Source of the DNA: Heterodontus francisci
Taxonomy: Eukaryota
Reading direction: 5' to 3'
Assembly (NCBI RefSeq): GCF_036365525.1
Contig: NC_090397.1
Coordinates: 23,558,034 to 23,622,033, forward strand
Length of the DNA: 64,000 nucleotides
This document shows positions 13,401 through 25,824 of the stretch, piece by piece. The notes beneath the pieces were generated by a model. That model ran no database searches and had not been told where the DNA came from. It saw only the letters and a list, made by a program, of their open reading frames with translations. The first letter of the stretch is position 1. Each line of letters starts with the position of its first letter. A program made the position numbers and the translations under genes.

Positions 13401-13575
13401 GCCCTCAACTCATTCACAAGGAGTCCAGCTATGCACCTCAAGTGCCATAATCTGCAGGGTTGCAGACCAAATGCTGGAAGGTGGGCTTAGAATGGGTGGA
13501 TCGTTTTTTGGCTGGCACAGACATGATGGGCCAAATGGCCTCTTTCGGTGCCTTAAATTTTCTAGGATTCTATGA
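10500..13575 (+). mobile_element. CR1 LINE, nearly complete ORF2 (APE endonuclease + RT), pseudogenised
   Basis: YFNARSIANK...DIIAITETWL, LDLILG, SDHNSV (APE); KSPGRD, DFSKVFNKIPH, GVPQGSVLGP, FADDTKI (RT). Many stops and frameshifts. Tail 'aggattctatga'. Candidate TSD TTGAAC at 10494-10499 and 13576-13581. Confidence 0.92.
12187..12290 (+). mobile_element. Short Penelope-type repeat with hammerhead-like core, inserted in the CR1
   Basis: 'ttCTGATGAagggtcactaacctGAAAtgttaactctg...cagatgctgccagacctactgagtatttccagcattt' interrupts the CR1 RT between 'HLERH' and 'LIKDSQHGF'. Homologous to the copies at 16831 and 30954. Confidence 0.75.
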
Positions 13576-13969
13576 TTGAACAGCTTGGCTAGGGGAACAG
13601 CTAGTTCTGCAGCACAAGTCGTCAGTACTGCAGCCTGAGAAATGTCCCGACCTTTGCACACAGGATATTGTGCCCCAAAATTGACACTTATGATGAATGA
13701 TGATTCTGGACCTGCTTCAGAGAATTTCATACAAAACATAGGTGCTGCATGAGATTAATAAGGGCCAGAGTGATCTCCTGGATTGGTTTTGATCACCCAA
13801 GGGAGTCAGAGAGAAATTTTCCAGATTTTTTCCCCTGAACGACCTTGGCTTTTGTCTGAACTTTTACCTCTCTTAGGAGATTAGTGGGTTCTGATTGGAG
13901 TGGGAATGTCTACATTTTGATGCATAAGGCATCACAACTTTATGGAGCAGGCTGGATGGACCAGTAGAT

Positions 13970-15685
13970 CTATTTTTGTATTCACCGAGGAGAGGGACAT
14001 GACGGATGTTGAGGTTAGGAACAGATGTTTGATTACTCTAGGTCAAGTCGGCATAAGGAGGGAGGAAGTGTTGGGTATTCTAAAGGGCATTAAAGTGGAC
14101 AAGTCCCCAGGTCCGGATGGGATCTATCCCAGGTTACTGAGGGAAGCGAGAGAGGAAATAGCTGGGGCCTTAACAGATATCTTTGCAGCATCCTTAAACA
14201 CGGGTGAGGTCCCGGAGGACTGGAGAATTGCTAATGTTGTCCCCTTGCTTAAGAAGGGTAGCAGGGATAATCCAGGAAATTATAGACCGGTGAGTCTGAC
14301 GTCAGTGGTAGGGAAGCTGCTGGAGAAGATACTGAGGGATAGGATCTATTCCCATTTGGAAGAAAATGGGCTCATCAGTGATAGGCAACATGGTTTTGTG
14401 CAGGGAAGGTCATGTCTAACCAACTTAATAGAATTCTTTGAGGAAGTGACAAAGTTGATTGATGACGGAAGGGCTGTCGATGTCATATACATGGACTTCA
14501 GTAAGGCGTTTGATAAGGTTCCCCATGGCAGGCTGATGGAGAAAGTGAAGGCGCTTGGGGTCCAAGGTGTACTAGCTAGATGGATAAAGAACTGGCTGGG
14601 CAACAGGAGACAGAGAGTAGCAGTAGAAGGGAGTTTCTCAAAATGGAGACGTGTGACCAGTGGTGTTCCACAGGGATCCGTGCTGGGACCACTGTTGTTT
14701 GTGATATACATTAATGATTTGGAGGAAAGTATAGGTGGACTGATTAGCAAATTTGCAGACGACACTAAGATTGGTGGAGTAGCAGATAGTGAAGGGGACT
14801 GTCAGAGAATACAGCAGAATATAGATAGATTGGAGAGTTGGGCAGAGAAATGGCAGATGGAGTTCAATCAGGGCAAATGCGAGGTGATGCATTTTGGAAG
14901 ATCCAATTCAAGAGTGAACTATACAGTAAATGGAAAAGTCCTGGGGAAAATTGATGTCCAGAGAGATTTGGGTGTTCAGGTCCACTGTTCCCTGAAGGTG
15001 GCAACGCAGGTAAATAGAGTGGTCAAGAAGGCATACGGCATGCTTTCCTTCATCGGACGGGGCATTGAGTACAAGAGTTGGCAGGTCATGTTACAGTTGT
15101 ATAGGACTTTGGTTCGGCCACATTTGGAATACTGCGTACAGTTCTGGTCGCCACATTATCAAAAGGATGTGGATGCTTTGGAAAGGGTGCAGAGGAGGTT
15201 CACCAGGATGTTGCCTGGTATGGAGGGCGCTAGCTATGAAGAGAGGTTGAGTAGATTAGGATTATTTTCATTAGAAAGACGGAGGTTGAGGGGGGACCTG
15301 ATTGAGGTGTACAAAATCATGAGAGGTATAGACAGGGTGGATAGCAAGAAGCTTTTTCCCAGAGTGGGGGTTTCAATTACTAGAGGACACGAGTTCAAAG
15401 TGAAAGGGGAAAAGTTTAGGGGGGATATGCGTGGAAAGTTCTTTACGCAGAGGGTGGTGGGCACCTGGAACGCATTGCCAGCGGAGGTGGTAGATGCGGG
15501 CACGATGGAGTCTTTTAAGATGTATCTAGACAGATACATGAATGGGCAGGAAGAAAAGAGATACAGAAGCTTAGAAAATAGGCGACATGTTTAGAGAGAG
15601 GATCCGGATCGGCGCAGGCTTGGAGGGCCGAAGGGCCTGTTCCTGTGCTGTAATTATCTTTGTTCTTTGTTTGTTCTTTGTTTGT
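13970..15685 (+). mobile_element. Young 5'-truncated CR1 LINE with uninterrupted RT ORF
   Basis: About 540 codons with no stop (ORF 13942-15594, first codons from the flank). Motifs KSPGPDGI, YMDFSKAFDKVPH, GVPQGSVLGP, FADD. 3' UTR 'gaagggcctgttcctgtgctgtaa' and a (TTTG/TTC) microsatellite tail. No APE domain. Confidence 0.95.
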
Positions 15686-15751
15686 CATTTTTTTCATGCA
15701 TTCATATAAGGATTTCTGTTGATTACCTATACACTAGCACTGGCACTCAAG

Positions 15752-15812
15752 GCTCCACAAACCACTGACCACCTCTAGGCGCTTAACCATTGTCTCTCAA
15801 GGCCAAAAAGAG
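15752..15812 (+). mobile_element. RTE LINE 3' tail fragment
   Basis: 'gctccacaaaccactgaccacctctaggcgcttaaccattgtctctc' is near-identical to 45683-45730. Confidence 0.7.
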
Positions 15813-16830
15813 CACTGGCATCATCAGCCTATCAGTTCAATGCAAAATACCAGTTACCAGTCCCTTCAAGCTGATAATCAATTTACAATAAGTGAAACCC
15901 TTCATTGGAAAAAGCATTTGTATTTCCTTAACATATTAATGATGAAATATAATAACAATATGAGTGACCACCATTTTTCTGTGTATTGAGCCGTGAAATG
16001 GGACAACAGTTAAGAGGAAATCAGGAATACTGTATAATGTGAATGCATTTTATACACTGAAACAGAATTATATGAGGATAGGCATCTCATCCTCTGTGTT
16101 TAGAAGGCTCTTATTTACTGTGTACTGTGAACATACATTGTTAGGGTTTTTTGAATAATAATGAACTTTGAAGTGTTAGATTCGCAGTAGTACTGGGAAA
16201 TTCAAGGGTTATTATTAAAGAAATTATATCTGACTGTATCCTAAAAAGTGCTTGTCCAAATTAATCAGAATAAATGTGTTTGCCTGGGTTGTTAATCTAG
16301 CATGTGGACAATAGGATACAACAGCACCCGAATAGATTTATTACTGGGAGTGTCCACTTCGAGATCAAGGTGCCATTCAATTTTTAATGCCATGGAAGCA
16401 AGTCCAGGGGTAGCCTTAACTGGCTTCATCAGCGGAAATGAAATCTCATTGAAAGATGACAAAACAAAAGGCTTGTCCAAACTGATTAAATTTAATGATG
16501 CTGCTCCTATAAATTGAGATCTCTTCAACATTACAACAAAGCTTTTCAAAGACCGGTTAATCAGCTCATCTGAATTGCCCTAGGGCATTGAGCAAGGTGG
16601 GTGAAAGAAGTCAGTGGAATGGTGCATTGTTTATATATATTCACTGAACCGCCTTTTTGCCAAACATACTAAGCCCACCAGTGCCAATCGTTAAGAAGTC
16701 TGAATGACAGTGGTGATCAAAGCAGCATTCAGTCAGCAAATTCACGATCACCATTCATTTTAATGTGGAGAGGAGGAAGGGAGATATTAGAATTAATTCT
16801 GACCTACTGGCGCTTCCAGCCTGTCCCTCG

Positions 16831-16962
16831 CAGTTCTGAGGAAAGGTCATCGACCTGAAACTTTAACTGTTTCTCTCTTCACAGATGCTGCTTGACTTAT
16901 GAATATTTCCAGTATTCTGTTTTTATTTAAGACTTCCAGCATGTACAGCATTTTGCTTTTAT
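16831..16962 (+). mobile_element. Short Penelope-type repeat with hammerhead-like core
   Basis: 'cagttCTGAGGAaaggtcatcgacctGAAActttaactg...acagatgctg...ttccagcatgtacagcattttgcttt'. Confidence 0.75.
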
Positions 16963-17015
16963 TATAATTAATTGCTCACTGTTTCGGTGAGGGATAAAGA
17001 GGGAGCAGTACAAAA

Positions 17016-17138
17016 GACCCAGGAAATTACGGCATGGCCTAAGTGCCACAATTTCCTGGAATTTTTGTATCATAAAACAGGCCGTGCAATGTAGATGCCA
17101 CCTTTACAATGGCGCAGGTCTCCAGGAAATTCTGGGCC
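17016..17138. mobile_element. Very short MITE-like inverted-repeat element
   Basis: Termini 'gacccaggaaatt' / 'aaattctgggcc'; internal hairpin ccaggaaatt...aatttcctgg. Confidence 0.45.
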
Positions 17139-19849
17139 AAAGTTTATTTCAATATAGAGCAGACTAAACTGAAAAAAATAGAGTATTCCAGGGATCATAA
17201 GGTGCCCATATAACTGCCAGTAGTCCACAGTACTAAGAATCATTTGCAGATAACGATATTTCCAGGATTGTCAGATCAAGAGCAACAGCTTGTTAAATTA
17301 AGATAAATTTATGATGGGTAAAGAACTGCTATTTTACTAAAAGTCATTCCCACCATTGCCCACCCCCTCCCCGCACCATCCCCACCCACCACCCCCCCCG
17401 CCCCTCCCCTCCCCCTGCCATCGCCCCACACCCCATGTTTGAGGCCATAATGCAGAGAAAAAGGAACAGAAGGCTATTTTTGAGGTCAGAATTTAGATAC
17501 ACAGTTCAGGGTCACAAGCCAATACTTTCCTCTGTATAGCAGAACCCAAAAGAGTTTCTCCATTGCTTGGTGTGAGGTCTAGTGGGGCCATGATAAGGTA
17601 TTTGTTGAGTTTTGTGCAAGCTGAGAGTTCCACCTGGTGTCAGACCACTAACTTGACACAGTACTATCCTTCTACCACATCATCAAGCGCATAAGGCTTC
17701 AGACTACTCCCTAAGATACCAGAAGAATATAAATTTCTATTCTGGTGTAAGACCCTGAACAAGGAATAACTACAGCATGGACTGATTAGTCCAATTCATA
17801 GCAAGTAAATTAAGAGGGAAATACTCTAGATTTACTCAGAGTATAGTTCTCTGCTCACAAATAAGCTTTCAGGACCCTGTAATACGTGTAATATATATAT
17901 AGCCTTCCATTTTGAATATGAATAAGCTTGCTTGCTCATCTTTAATATTTGTGAACTTGGTTCTTGACTGACTATTCACACAGTCCAGTATTATTACAAG
18001 CACTGGACGAACCATTCTCACTAATCAATGTCAGCTCTCTGATTTTCACTCAACTTTCCAATGTTATGCTCCAGGATCATATAGCAAACTGCTACAGGTG
18101 TCTCATTAAAACACTAATTCCCACAGGAGCTTTCTGTCTGCTTCCACCAGTTTTGTATAAACTGACAAATTTCATTAAATGATCTGAATCTCCCAATGAT
18201 TACACACAATATGGTGGAATGGAGGAAACACAGCTGGCTGAGGTGAAAAACCCACAGGCCTTTCTGCTGACAAAGACCCTGTGGGTGGTAGCTTTCTGTG
18301 GAGTCAGGCTGAGGCTGAACGACTGGAGACAGATGCCAGTGATGACTCAGACCTGGAGGCAACCTGAGCAGAGGCTGCAGACTGCTTCAGGAGAAGTAGC
18401 TTAATGAGACTCCGCACCTTAACGCCCCAACAAAAACTTCCCATGTGTACTGTATGTGAGAATGTCAAAAGTGAAAAATAAACAGACACTCAATTTTGTC
18501 TTTATTTGCCTTTGCTGCACACATGACCTCTGCTAGAAAAACATATTTGACTAACTCACACGATTATTAAAGGAACTTCCCCTGATCACAGTCCTTATGG
18601 AAATGAGGACATGTACTACGTATTGATGTCATAGTTGGAAAAGCATGCACAGTATGCGTCCACTTTTCCGATACATATTGTCAGTGCGTAACTTCCCCTG
18701 CTGGAAGCGTGAAATCTGAAAATTACCCCTTAGGTGAGAGCTTAGCATCAACTGGGAAGAAACGGAATGTTTTGACTTTATTGAAGGTGTATCTGTGTTG
18801 CGATCAATGAACCAGTATATATAACACTGAGTGTATTCATTAGTATTAATATGTATTCATTGTGTAATTTGTATTCCATGTGGCATTCAAAGAAAATAAA
18901 ATCTTTTCTGCAATTTTATAAAACGTTACTTTACAGGGCGGAATTAACGATTGGGCACTACAGGTGGCAAGCTTTACCCAGTGGCAGGACACATGATTCA
19001 TATTGAAATGTAAGAATTAAATGTTTGCAACTGAGGCAGAACTGGAAAATTCCACTTCTGCATAAGCCTGAGGCAAGTTACTTAATAGCTTTGTGAAGAT
19101 GAAAACTAAGCCAGTTCATCAGCTTGTTGGCAACATTAACGTGTTTATCTCTCCGTCTCAAATTCAAATTCTTTCTTTGCATTTTTTGCTGCATCCAGTG
19201 CTTTGTGTTTTTTTTTCTACCTTGCCGACCAGTTCCTTATTCATGTCAAAGGTGCATTTTAGACATTTTGGGAACTCGTTTCCTCTGGTTACAACTCATG
19301 TATGTGTTTTTCTGAGGGAAAAGCTCATTGAAACAAGATTCAATGAACATTGTAAAAATGGCTGAAATAACTATTTTTGATCTTCATTAAAGCACCACTC
19401 CCAGCCTCGGCAGCTGTTCCAGCTGTGACTAATGATCAGCTGTTTCATGTCAGTTGTCATTAGTGCATTTTTAGGTCTTTGGTACCTTTTTAATCTAGAT
19501 TATTTCAGCTCTTGTACCTGAGATCTTGCTCATGGGTGAGTCCAGGTAAGTTTTCATTCACACGCCCAGGATCACAAAACAGAAGACCCTGTTGGTTAAT
19601 TGCTTTTATCCACTGCATTTACCCTATGCCTTCTTAGGATCTCTCTCATCTCTGATGAGTGAATACAGCAACAAACCTTCAGCCCCCGTTTTAAGTTTAA
19701 ACCATTAAATAAATTAGTTTAACAGAAGACGAACAATCAAGTAAGTAACAGCTGTATCATACAATTAGACATTTACATTTAAAATCCTTCCACCAAGAAG
19801 TCCTCAAGTAGACACATAATAAAAAGGATCAAAACTCTTTGCAAATACA

Positions 19850-20270
19850 AACATACGAACTATGACAGACAGGTGAAGACTCTCTTGTTTATCCAGCCTG
19901 TCCCACACAAATGTGATGCCTGTGTATTACAATGTATACACTACCCCATCCCACCCAAAACCATGTGATCGCCTGAGGATGTGAAAAACCAATAAAAGGC
20001 CAGGACTATTGGAGGGAAGAAAAATCTTGGAAATTCCTTTCTAACCCACCTAGGTAATCAAAACAGTCTCAGGAGATCGCCCTGGCTGTCCCTGAATTCT
20101 CCGAAGTACCAACCTTTTCTCAGATGCTTGGCCTAACCAGAAACAGACTCAAGTCTCACTTGAAGGAATTCAGTGAATTGACATCCACCACATGAGACTG
20201 CAGCTTGTCCAGAGGTCCACTATTCTCTGGGAAAAAAACCACCTTCTGACATCGAACTGTCTGGCCCTAT
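19850..20270 (-). mobile_element. CR1-like LINE 3' end with long 3' UTR
   Basis: Reverse-strand ORF2-end-like sequence; the UTR is homologous to the + strand repeat at about 13760-13965 that hosts the young CR1. Confidence 0.55.
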
Positions 20271-20277
20271 ACAACAA

Positions 20278-21440
20278 AGACAACTTATTTTTATATAGCA
20301 CCTTTAACACAATAAAATGTTCCAAGGTGCTTCACAGGAACATTATAAAACAAAGTATGATACTGAGTCACATAAGGAGATATTAGGTCAGATGACCAAA
20401 AGCTTGGTCAAAGAGACAGGTTTTAAAGAGTATCTTAAAGGAGGAAAGCAAGGTGGAGAGGCAGAGAGGTGTAGGGATGGAATTCCAGAGCTTAGGGCCT
20501 AGGTAACTGAAGGCACAGCCACCAACAGTGGAGCAATTAAAATTAGGGATGCTCAAGAGGTCAGAATTAGATGGTTATGGTGCTGGAGGAGATTACAGAG
20601 ATAGGGAGGGGTGAGGACATGGAGGGATGTGAAAATAAGGATGAGAATTTTAAAATCAAATCTAATGTAGGTCAGCAAGCACAGGGATGATAGGAGAATG
20701 GGACTTGGTGCGTGTTAAGACATGGACCGCAGAATTTTGGATGACCTCAAGTTAACAGACAGTAGAATGTAGGAGACCGGGTACAGTGCATTGGAATAGT
20801 CAAGTCTAGAGGTAACAAAGGCATGAATGAGGGTTTCAGTAACAGATGAACAGAGGTAGGGGCGAAGTTGGGTGATGTTACAGAGGTGGAAGTAGGTGGT
20901 CTTAGTGACGGCACGAATATGTGATCGGAAGCTCATCTCAATGCCAAATATGACACCAGGCTTGCGAACAGTCTGGTTTAGTCTCAGGCAGTTGCCAGGG
21001 AGAGTGATCTAGTCGGTAGATAGGGAACAGAGTTTGGAATGGGGACCGAAAACAATGGCTTCAGTCTTTCCAATATTTAATTGGAGGAAATTTCTGCTCA
21101 TTCAGTACTGGATGCCAGATAAGCGGTCTGATAATTTGGCAGCAGTGGAGGAGTTGAGAGAGGTAGTGGTGAGGTAGAGCTGGGTGTTGTCAGCATACAT
21201 GTGAAAACTAACGCTATGCTTTCAGATGGTGTTGCTAAGAGACAGCACGTGGACGAGAAATAGGAGGGGGCCAAGGATAGACCATTGGATGATATCAGAG
21301 GTAACAGTGAGGGAGTAGGAAGAGAAGCCATTGCAAGTGGTACTCTGGCTACGATGAGATAGATAAGAATGGAAACAGGTGCATGCAGACCCGCCCAGCT
21401 GGACAACAGTGAAGAGATGTTGGAGAAGGATAATGTGGTC
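20278..21440 (-). mobile_element. L2 LINE 3' half (decayed)
   Basis: SILGPLLF and MSFRSHIRAVTKTTYFHL...ETLIHAFVTSRLDYSNAL motifs; (CAA)-type tail at about 20280. Confidence 0.88.
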
Positions 21441-21459
21441 AACCATGTTACCAACATAC

Positions 21460-22170
21460 AATTGTGACCCCTGGTCCTCCCTAAATTATTTAAGTGGACC
21501 TCAATCAGAGCACCCCCAAGTCTATGCTTCTCTAAAGTGTATGTTAGAAGACCAAAACTGGAAACAGTATTCCAAGTGAGGCCTGACCAAGATCTTGTAC
21601 AAGGACAAAATACAATGCCTCATCTTCTAGTCAATTGTCATATCAACGCACCAACACTCTATTTGCTCTAACTATTGCTTCAGAGCATTGCTCATATACT
21701 TTTAGCGATCTATGCAGCAGAATGTCCAAATCTCTTTCCTTCTCCACCTTCTTTAAGGGAATGTTACACATTCTTCCTGCCACATTCAAAATATTGCACT
21801 TATCCAAATTAAACATCATTTTCCAGTTATAAGCCCAACTCCCAAAACATTAGGATGCACCTGAAGCAGTTGAACATCATCTACAGTCCTAACACTCGCA
21901 CAGATCTTTGCATCTTCTGCAAGCTTGCACATCATGGCCCCAACACTGACATCCAGATCATTACTAAAAATAGTAAAGTGCAATGGTCTCAACACAGTTC
22001 CCTATGGAATACCACTGGTGATTAGTCTCGAAACAGATCCAACTCCAACTACAACTACTTCTTGTGTATGTCCTGCCAGCCAGTTCTCAATCCAGTTCAG
22101 TAGATTACCACTGGTACCAAAGGCTGTAATCTTGTAGAGAAGCCCCTTGTGCGGTACCTTAACACAAATA
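21460..22170 (-). mobile_element. Old CR1 RT fragment
   Basis: KVPHKGLLYKI...NLLNWIENWL...ITSGIP. Confidence 0.75.
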
Positions 22171-22629
22171 TTTGCTAGTCTGTTTACTGGGTGTCCCTTA
22201 TACATCATATAGTATACACTGTTTCTTTTTAGAGGCCATATTAACCTAAACTATTTGACAGGTTCCTCTTCCTCTAGGATTTTCAGTTTATTTCCATTCT
22301 TCTTGCAGAGATTTCCAAATTCAAACAGAACATCTCTTTTCATAATCCAAAAAATTGTTACTCAGTCTTCCTGGATTTTGAATATTTGACCTCACAAATT
22401 TAAAAAGGAACTGTCAGTCATGTAGCAATTGAACCAATCACATAACATTCTTTGGTTTGAATTGTGTCTCACTCCAGCCTGCAACTGACCAACACTTCCA
22501 ATTTTATAGAGGGATAGGCAATATAAAAATCTGCATGATATTTTGGTAAACTACTTATGCACTGTGATTTAGAGTTGTGATTTGACAACTACATTGTCAA
22601 ACTAGATAAAAACATTTCATTTTTGTCAC

Positions 22630-22882
22630 ATAGCTTTAAGTTGAGGGGTGATAGATATAGGACAGATGTCAGAGGTAGTTTCTTTACTCAGAGAGTAGTA
22701 GGGGCGTGGAACGCCCTGCCTGCAACAGTAGTAGACTCACCAACTTTAAGGGCATTTAAGTGGTCATTGGATAGACATATGGATGAAAATGGAATAGTGT
22801 AGGTCAGATGGTTTCACAGGTCGGCGCAACATCGAGGGCCGAAGGGCCTGTACTGCGCTGTAATGTTCTAATTCTAATTCTA
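22630..22882 (+). mobile_element. CR1 3' end
   Basis: 'tttctttactcagagagtagtaggggcgtggaacgccctgcc' ... 'gaagggcctgtactgcgctgtaatg(ttctaa)n'. Confidence 0.85.
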
Positions 22883-23284
22883 AATATCCTCCCTTTTTAA
22901 ACTTGTATTAAATTTTACCAATACAGTAGTGGCAAAGATCAAAACTGTACTTATTCCTGACATGATGGTGTTTTGGTGTTCGTATTTTGGGAACTCCACT
23001 GATCATGGGCGGCCATGTTGAATCCTTGAAAGGAATGGGCCAACACAGCACCTGCCCATTATTGTCATAAGTTAAATTTAAACAGATTAAGGGGTTGTAG
23101 TTTCCGTGATGCTCAGCAGACACTTAAATGTTTCTTTTCAATTGTGGAATAGCCATCTCTCATGGAACAGTTTATGACTTAGATAAGTGTATGGGTTTCA
23201 GCATGGCAATAATTCCTCCATCTGATGCATCAGTGTGCACTATGAAACCTTGAAAACAGTTGGTAAAAACTAGTATGAGGTCTG

Positions 23285-25620
23285 CAGATTGCACAAAGAG
23301 CAATGAGGTGAATGACCATGTAATCTATTTTAGTGGTGTTGGTTGAAGGATAAATCTCAATCAGGACACCAGGAGTTGGATTTTTGTTACAGAGACAGGA
23401 AACGGGAGCCGAAGCTGATTATGGGTCAGAAACACACCTCTGTTGGGAAACTGATTCAGATTCAAAATTTCAAATGAGTAAGCCCTTAATTGGTTTGGAG
23501 GCAGGTTTCCTGTCCACTTGCAGCCACTTGCAGGAATGGAGGCAGGTCAGATCAAGTGTGGGACTCATGTTGACTCCCACAACAGCAGCTGGTTGCTGGT
23601 TGCCCTCAGCAAGAAATCTGCATTTTGTGCCAAAACCTAGTACTTCATCAGAGGGAAGTGTGCTGTCACAGGGGAGTTGGAGGCCTAGCACTAGGGGCAG
23701 GACAGACCCTCGCTTCATCGATGCCGACTTCGATCTCATGCTGGAAGCAATGAGGGAGAGGAGGGAGGTCCTCTACCCGGAGGGTGGCAGGAAGAGGCCA
23801 CCTTATTGTGCAACAAGGGCACCTCTCTATTCAGTGAAAGCCCCCTCCATCCCCACTTTCTCTTCCTGTCTTACCTCCTGTTCCTCCCCAATGAGCTGTC
23901 TCCTTCCAGGGACTCACTGTCCTCAAAGTCCACACCTGTCTGGAGGGCCATGTTATGGAGAGCGCAGCAGAACACCACAATGCCCGAGACCCTTGCAGGA
24001 GGATATTGGAGGATGCCACCCGGCCGGTCTGGGCACCGGAATTGCACCTTCAGAAGCCTGATGACCTGCTCAATGGTTGGCCTGCTGAGTAGGTGGCATT
24101 GGTTGTTTGGCCGCTGTGCCTCTGTCTGGGGCTCCTGTAGAGGAATCGGTAGCCATCTCTTCAAGGGATTTCCCTTGTCCCCTAGAATCCATCCACACAC
24201 TTTGGGGGATGGGCTGAAGATCCTAGGCAGCCTGGACTGTTGGAGGATGAAGGAGTTATGGCAGCTGCCAGGAAAGCAAGTGCACAAGGGGGAAGTTCTT
24301 GTTGTGGTTGCAGACCAGTTGGACGTTGAGGGAATGGAAGCCCTTCCTATTGATGGATCTCACTTACTCACTGGGTGCCTTGATGGTCACATGGGCACAA
24401 GCAATAATTCCCTGCACCTGGGGGAATCCTGCAATGGAGGTGAAACTCAATATCTTCTGTGCTGTGCAGGCCCATCAGTGTCAAAAGTGGATTTAGTCCC
24501 CCACACTCCTGAAGATGGCATCTGTGACCTTCCCTGATGGCATGATAAGCTGCTGACTTCGAGATGCCATCTAGGTCCACAGCTGATCCCTGGAATAATT
24601 CAGTTGCATAGAAATTCAGGGGGATAGTGACCTTGATGGCTGCAAGTAAGGGACTACCATGGGGGCCGCAAGGCGTCAGTTCATTATGTATCAGAGCATA
24701 AAGGTCCAAGACTATCTGCCTGGATAGACATAGCCTCCTACGCACTGGCACTCTGTCATTTACAGGTAGCTGACTCTTGGGCGGTAGACCTGATGTCTTA
24801 GGTAGTGCCTTCTTCCCCTTGCAGTCCCCCGCTGTGCTCCTCTGGCCTCCTGCTGTCCTGGCTGATCTGTCCAATGTCAAGAGTCGCCTCTTCCCATCTG
24901 AACTCCCTCAGCTGGGGTTCGTTTGACCATCAAACCTTCCCCTGCCAACCCCAGCTGTCCTAATGATGCCAGCGGGCTCACATCTCTCTCCGGATTCCTG
25001 CCATTCACCACAGAGAAAAGCAAGTCTTCCAGCTGCAGCAATGATTACTCTGTGGCACTTTTGAAGCAGCTGAGCTTTATTTTGTGCCTCTGTATTATTT
25101 TAATCAGCCTTTCCCATGCCCTGATGACCCCCTGTAGTATTTACGAGTTGAACACCCTCCCGTATTCCAGACATGGCGTTCTCCCCGTTCCCTTCTTTAA
25201 AAATTCAAAACTGCTGCTAGCAAGTCTGTTATTGAGCTCCTCAACTGGAGTGCGAGGATGCCATTTCCTCCCTCCTGGCGTCGCTTTAAAAATGGTGTCA
25301 CATTCTGGAGGCAGCGGAACCCAGTACTGACCCCTGAGAGCGCGATCTTTAAATTGTGTTCACAGCTGTCCCCACACTGAGCGGGCTTTAAAAATCCGGC
25401 CCCAGAACTCCTGTGCTCTTTTTCAAATCATGTTATGTGATCTTTAACATGCACCTGAGAGAGCAAATAAGGTCTTGGTTTAACACCTCATCCAAAAGGC
25501 AGCACCTCTGATAATGCAGTGTTCCCTCAGTAATACACTGAAGTATCAGCCGAGGTTATTTGCTCAAATCTTCTGACCTAATCCATGATTTTCTAGCTAA
25601 GAGCCAAGGATGCTACTACT
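23285..25620 (-). mobile_element. Deu-domain SINE (SacSINE1/AmnSINE1-like), split by a Harbinger element (pieces 23285-23372 and 25403-25620)
   Basis: The two flanks join into the sequence seen intact at 42800-43250, e.g. 'ggtttaacacctcatccaaaaggcagcacctctgataatgcagtgttccctcag'. Confidence 0.75.
23373..25402 (-). mobile_element. PIF/Harbinger DNA transposon (decayed transposase on -, Myb/SANT-like ORF remnant on +)
   Basis: HARBI1-like DDE motifs PGSCHNSFIL, GWILGDKGNPL, IEQVIRLLKVQFRC, CCALHNMAL (23871-24880, -). Myb-like PRFIDADFDLMLEAMRERREVLY (about 23705-23800, +). TIRs gagttggattttt / aaaaatccggccc; apparent 3-bp TSD CAG. Confidence 0.88.
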
Positions 25621-25824
25621 GGACCTTGCATTGTTGCTCCCTGTCCTATTCCTGACATTGTAAACATGAATAAACACAGATGGATGTCATGCTGTAGACA
25701 AGAGAGAACTGTTCTAGCAACTATTGCCTAAAAGTTGCTGTTAATCTTAGTCTGACAGTAACTGAGCATTTTTAAATGATTTGCAACTTTATAGCCTACT
25801 TGTTTGCTTTGCTATTGCTATATT

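Larger units (their letters stand above)
9468..13655 (-). mobile_element. CR1/L2-group LINE RT fragment, split by a CR1 insertion (pieces 9468-10499 and 13576-13655)
   Basis: ALNIKAAFDRVWHQG, GVPQGSVLG and MFADDCTVF motifs. The sequence resumes after the CR1 as 'ttgaacagcttggctagggg' (minus-strand CAAELAVPLAKLF). Same family as 51555-52555. Confidence 0.85.

Noticed and set aside
18180-18490. Coding-like stretch (…AEAERLETDASDDSDLEAT* on +; VRSLIKLLLLK… on -) as a further exon
   Set aside because: No convincing splice-site and phase combination, and no recognisable homology.
19652-19680. Additional CTGATGA hammerhead core (also at about 4158 and 46152)
   Set aside because: No downstream GAAA box or flanking stems.
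22250-22400. Candidate terminal exon of the minus-strand coiled-coil gene
   Set aside because: Weak acceptor, and the phase-0 reading hits a stop after about 10 codons; not supportable.
23871-24880. HARBI1 host gene
   Set aside because: Frameshifted, bounded by TIRs and inserted into a SINE, so it is a transposon copy rather than the domesticated gene.
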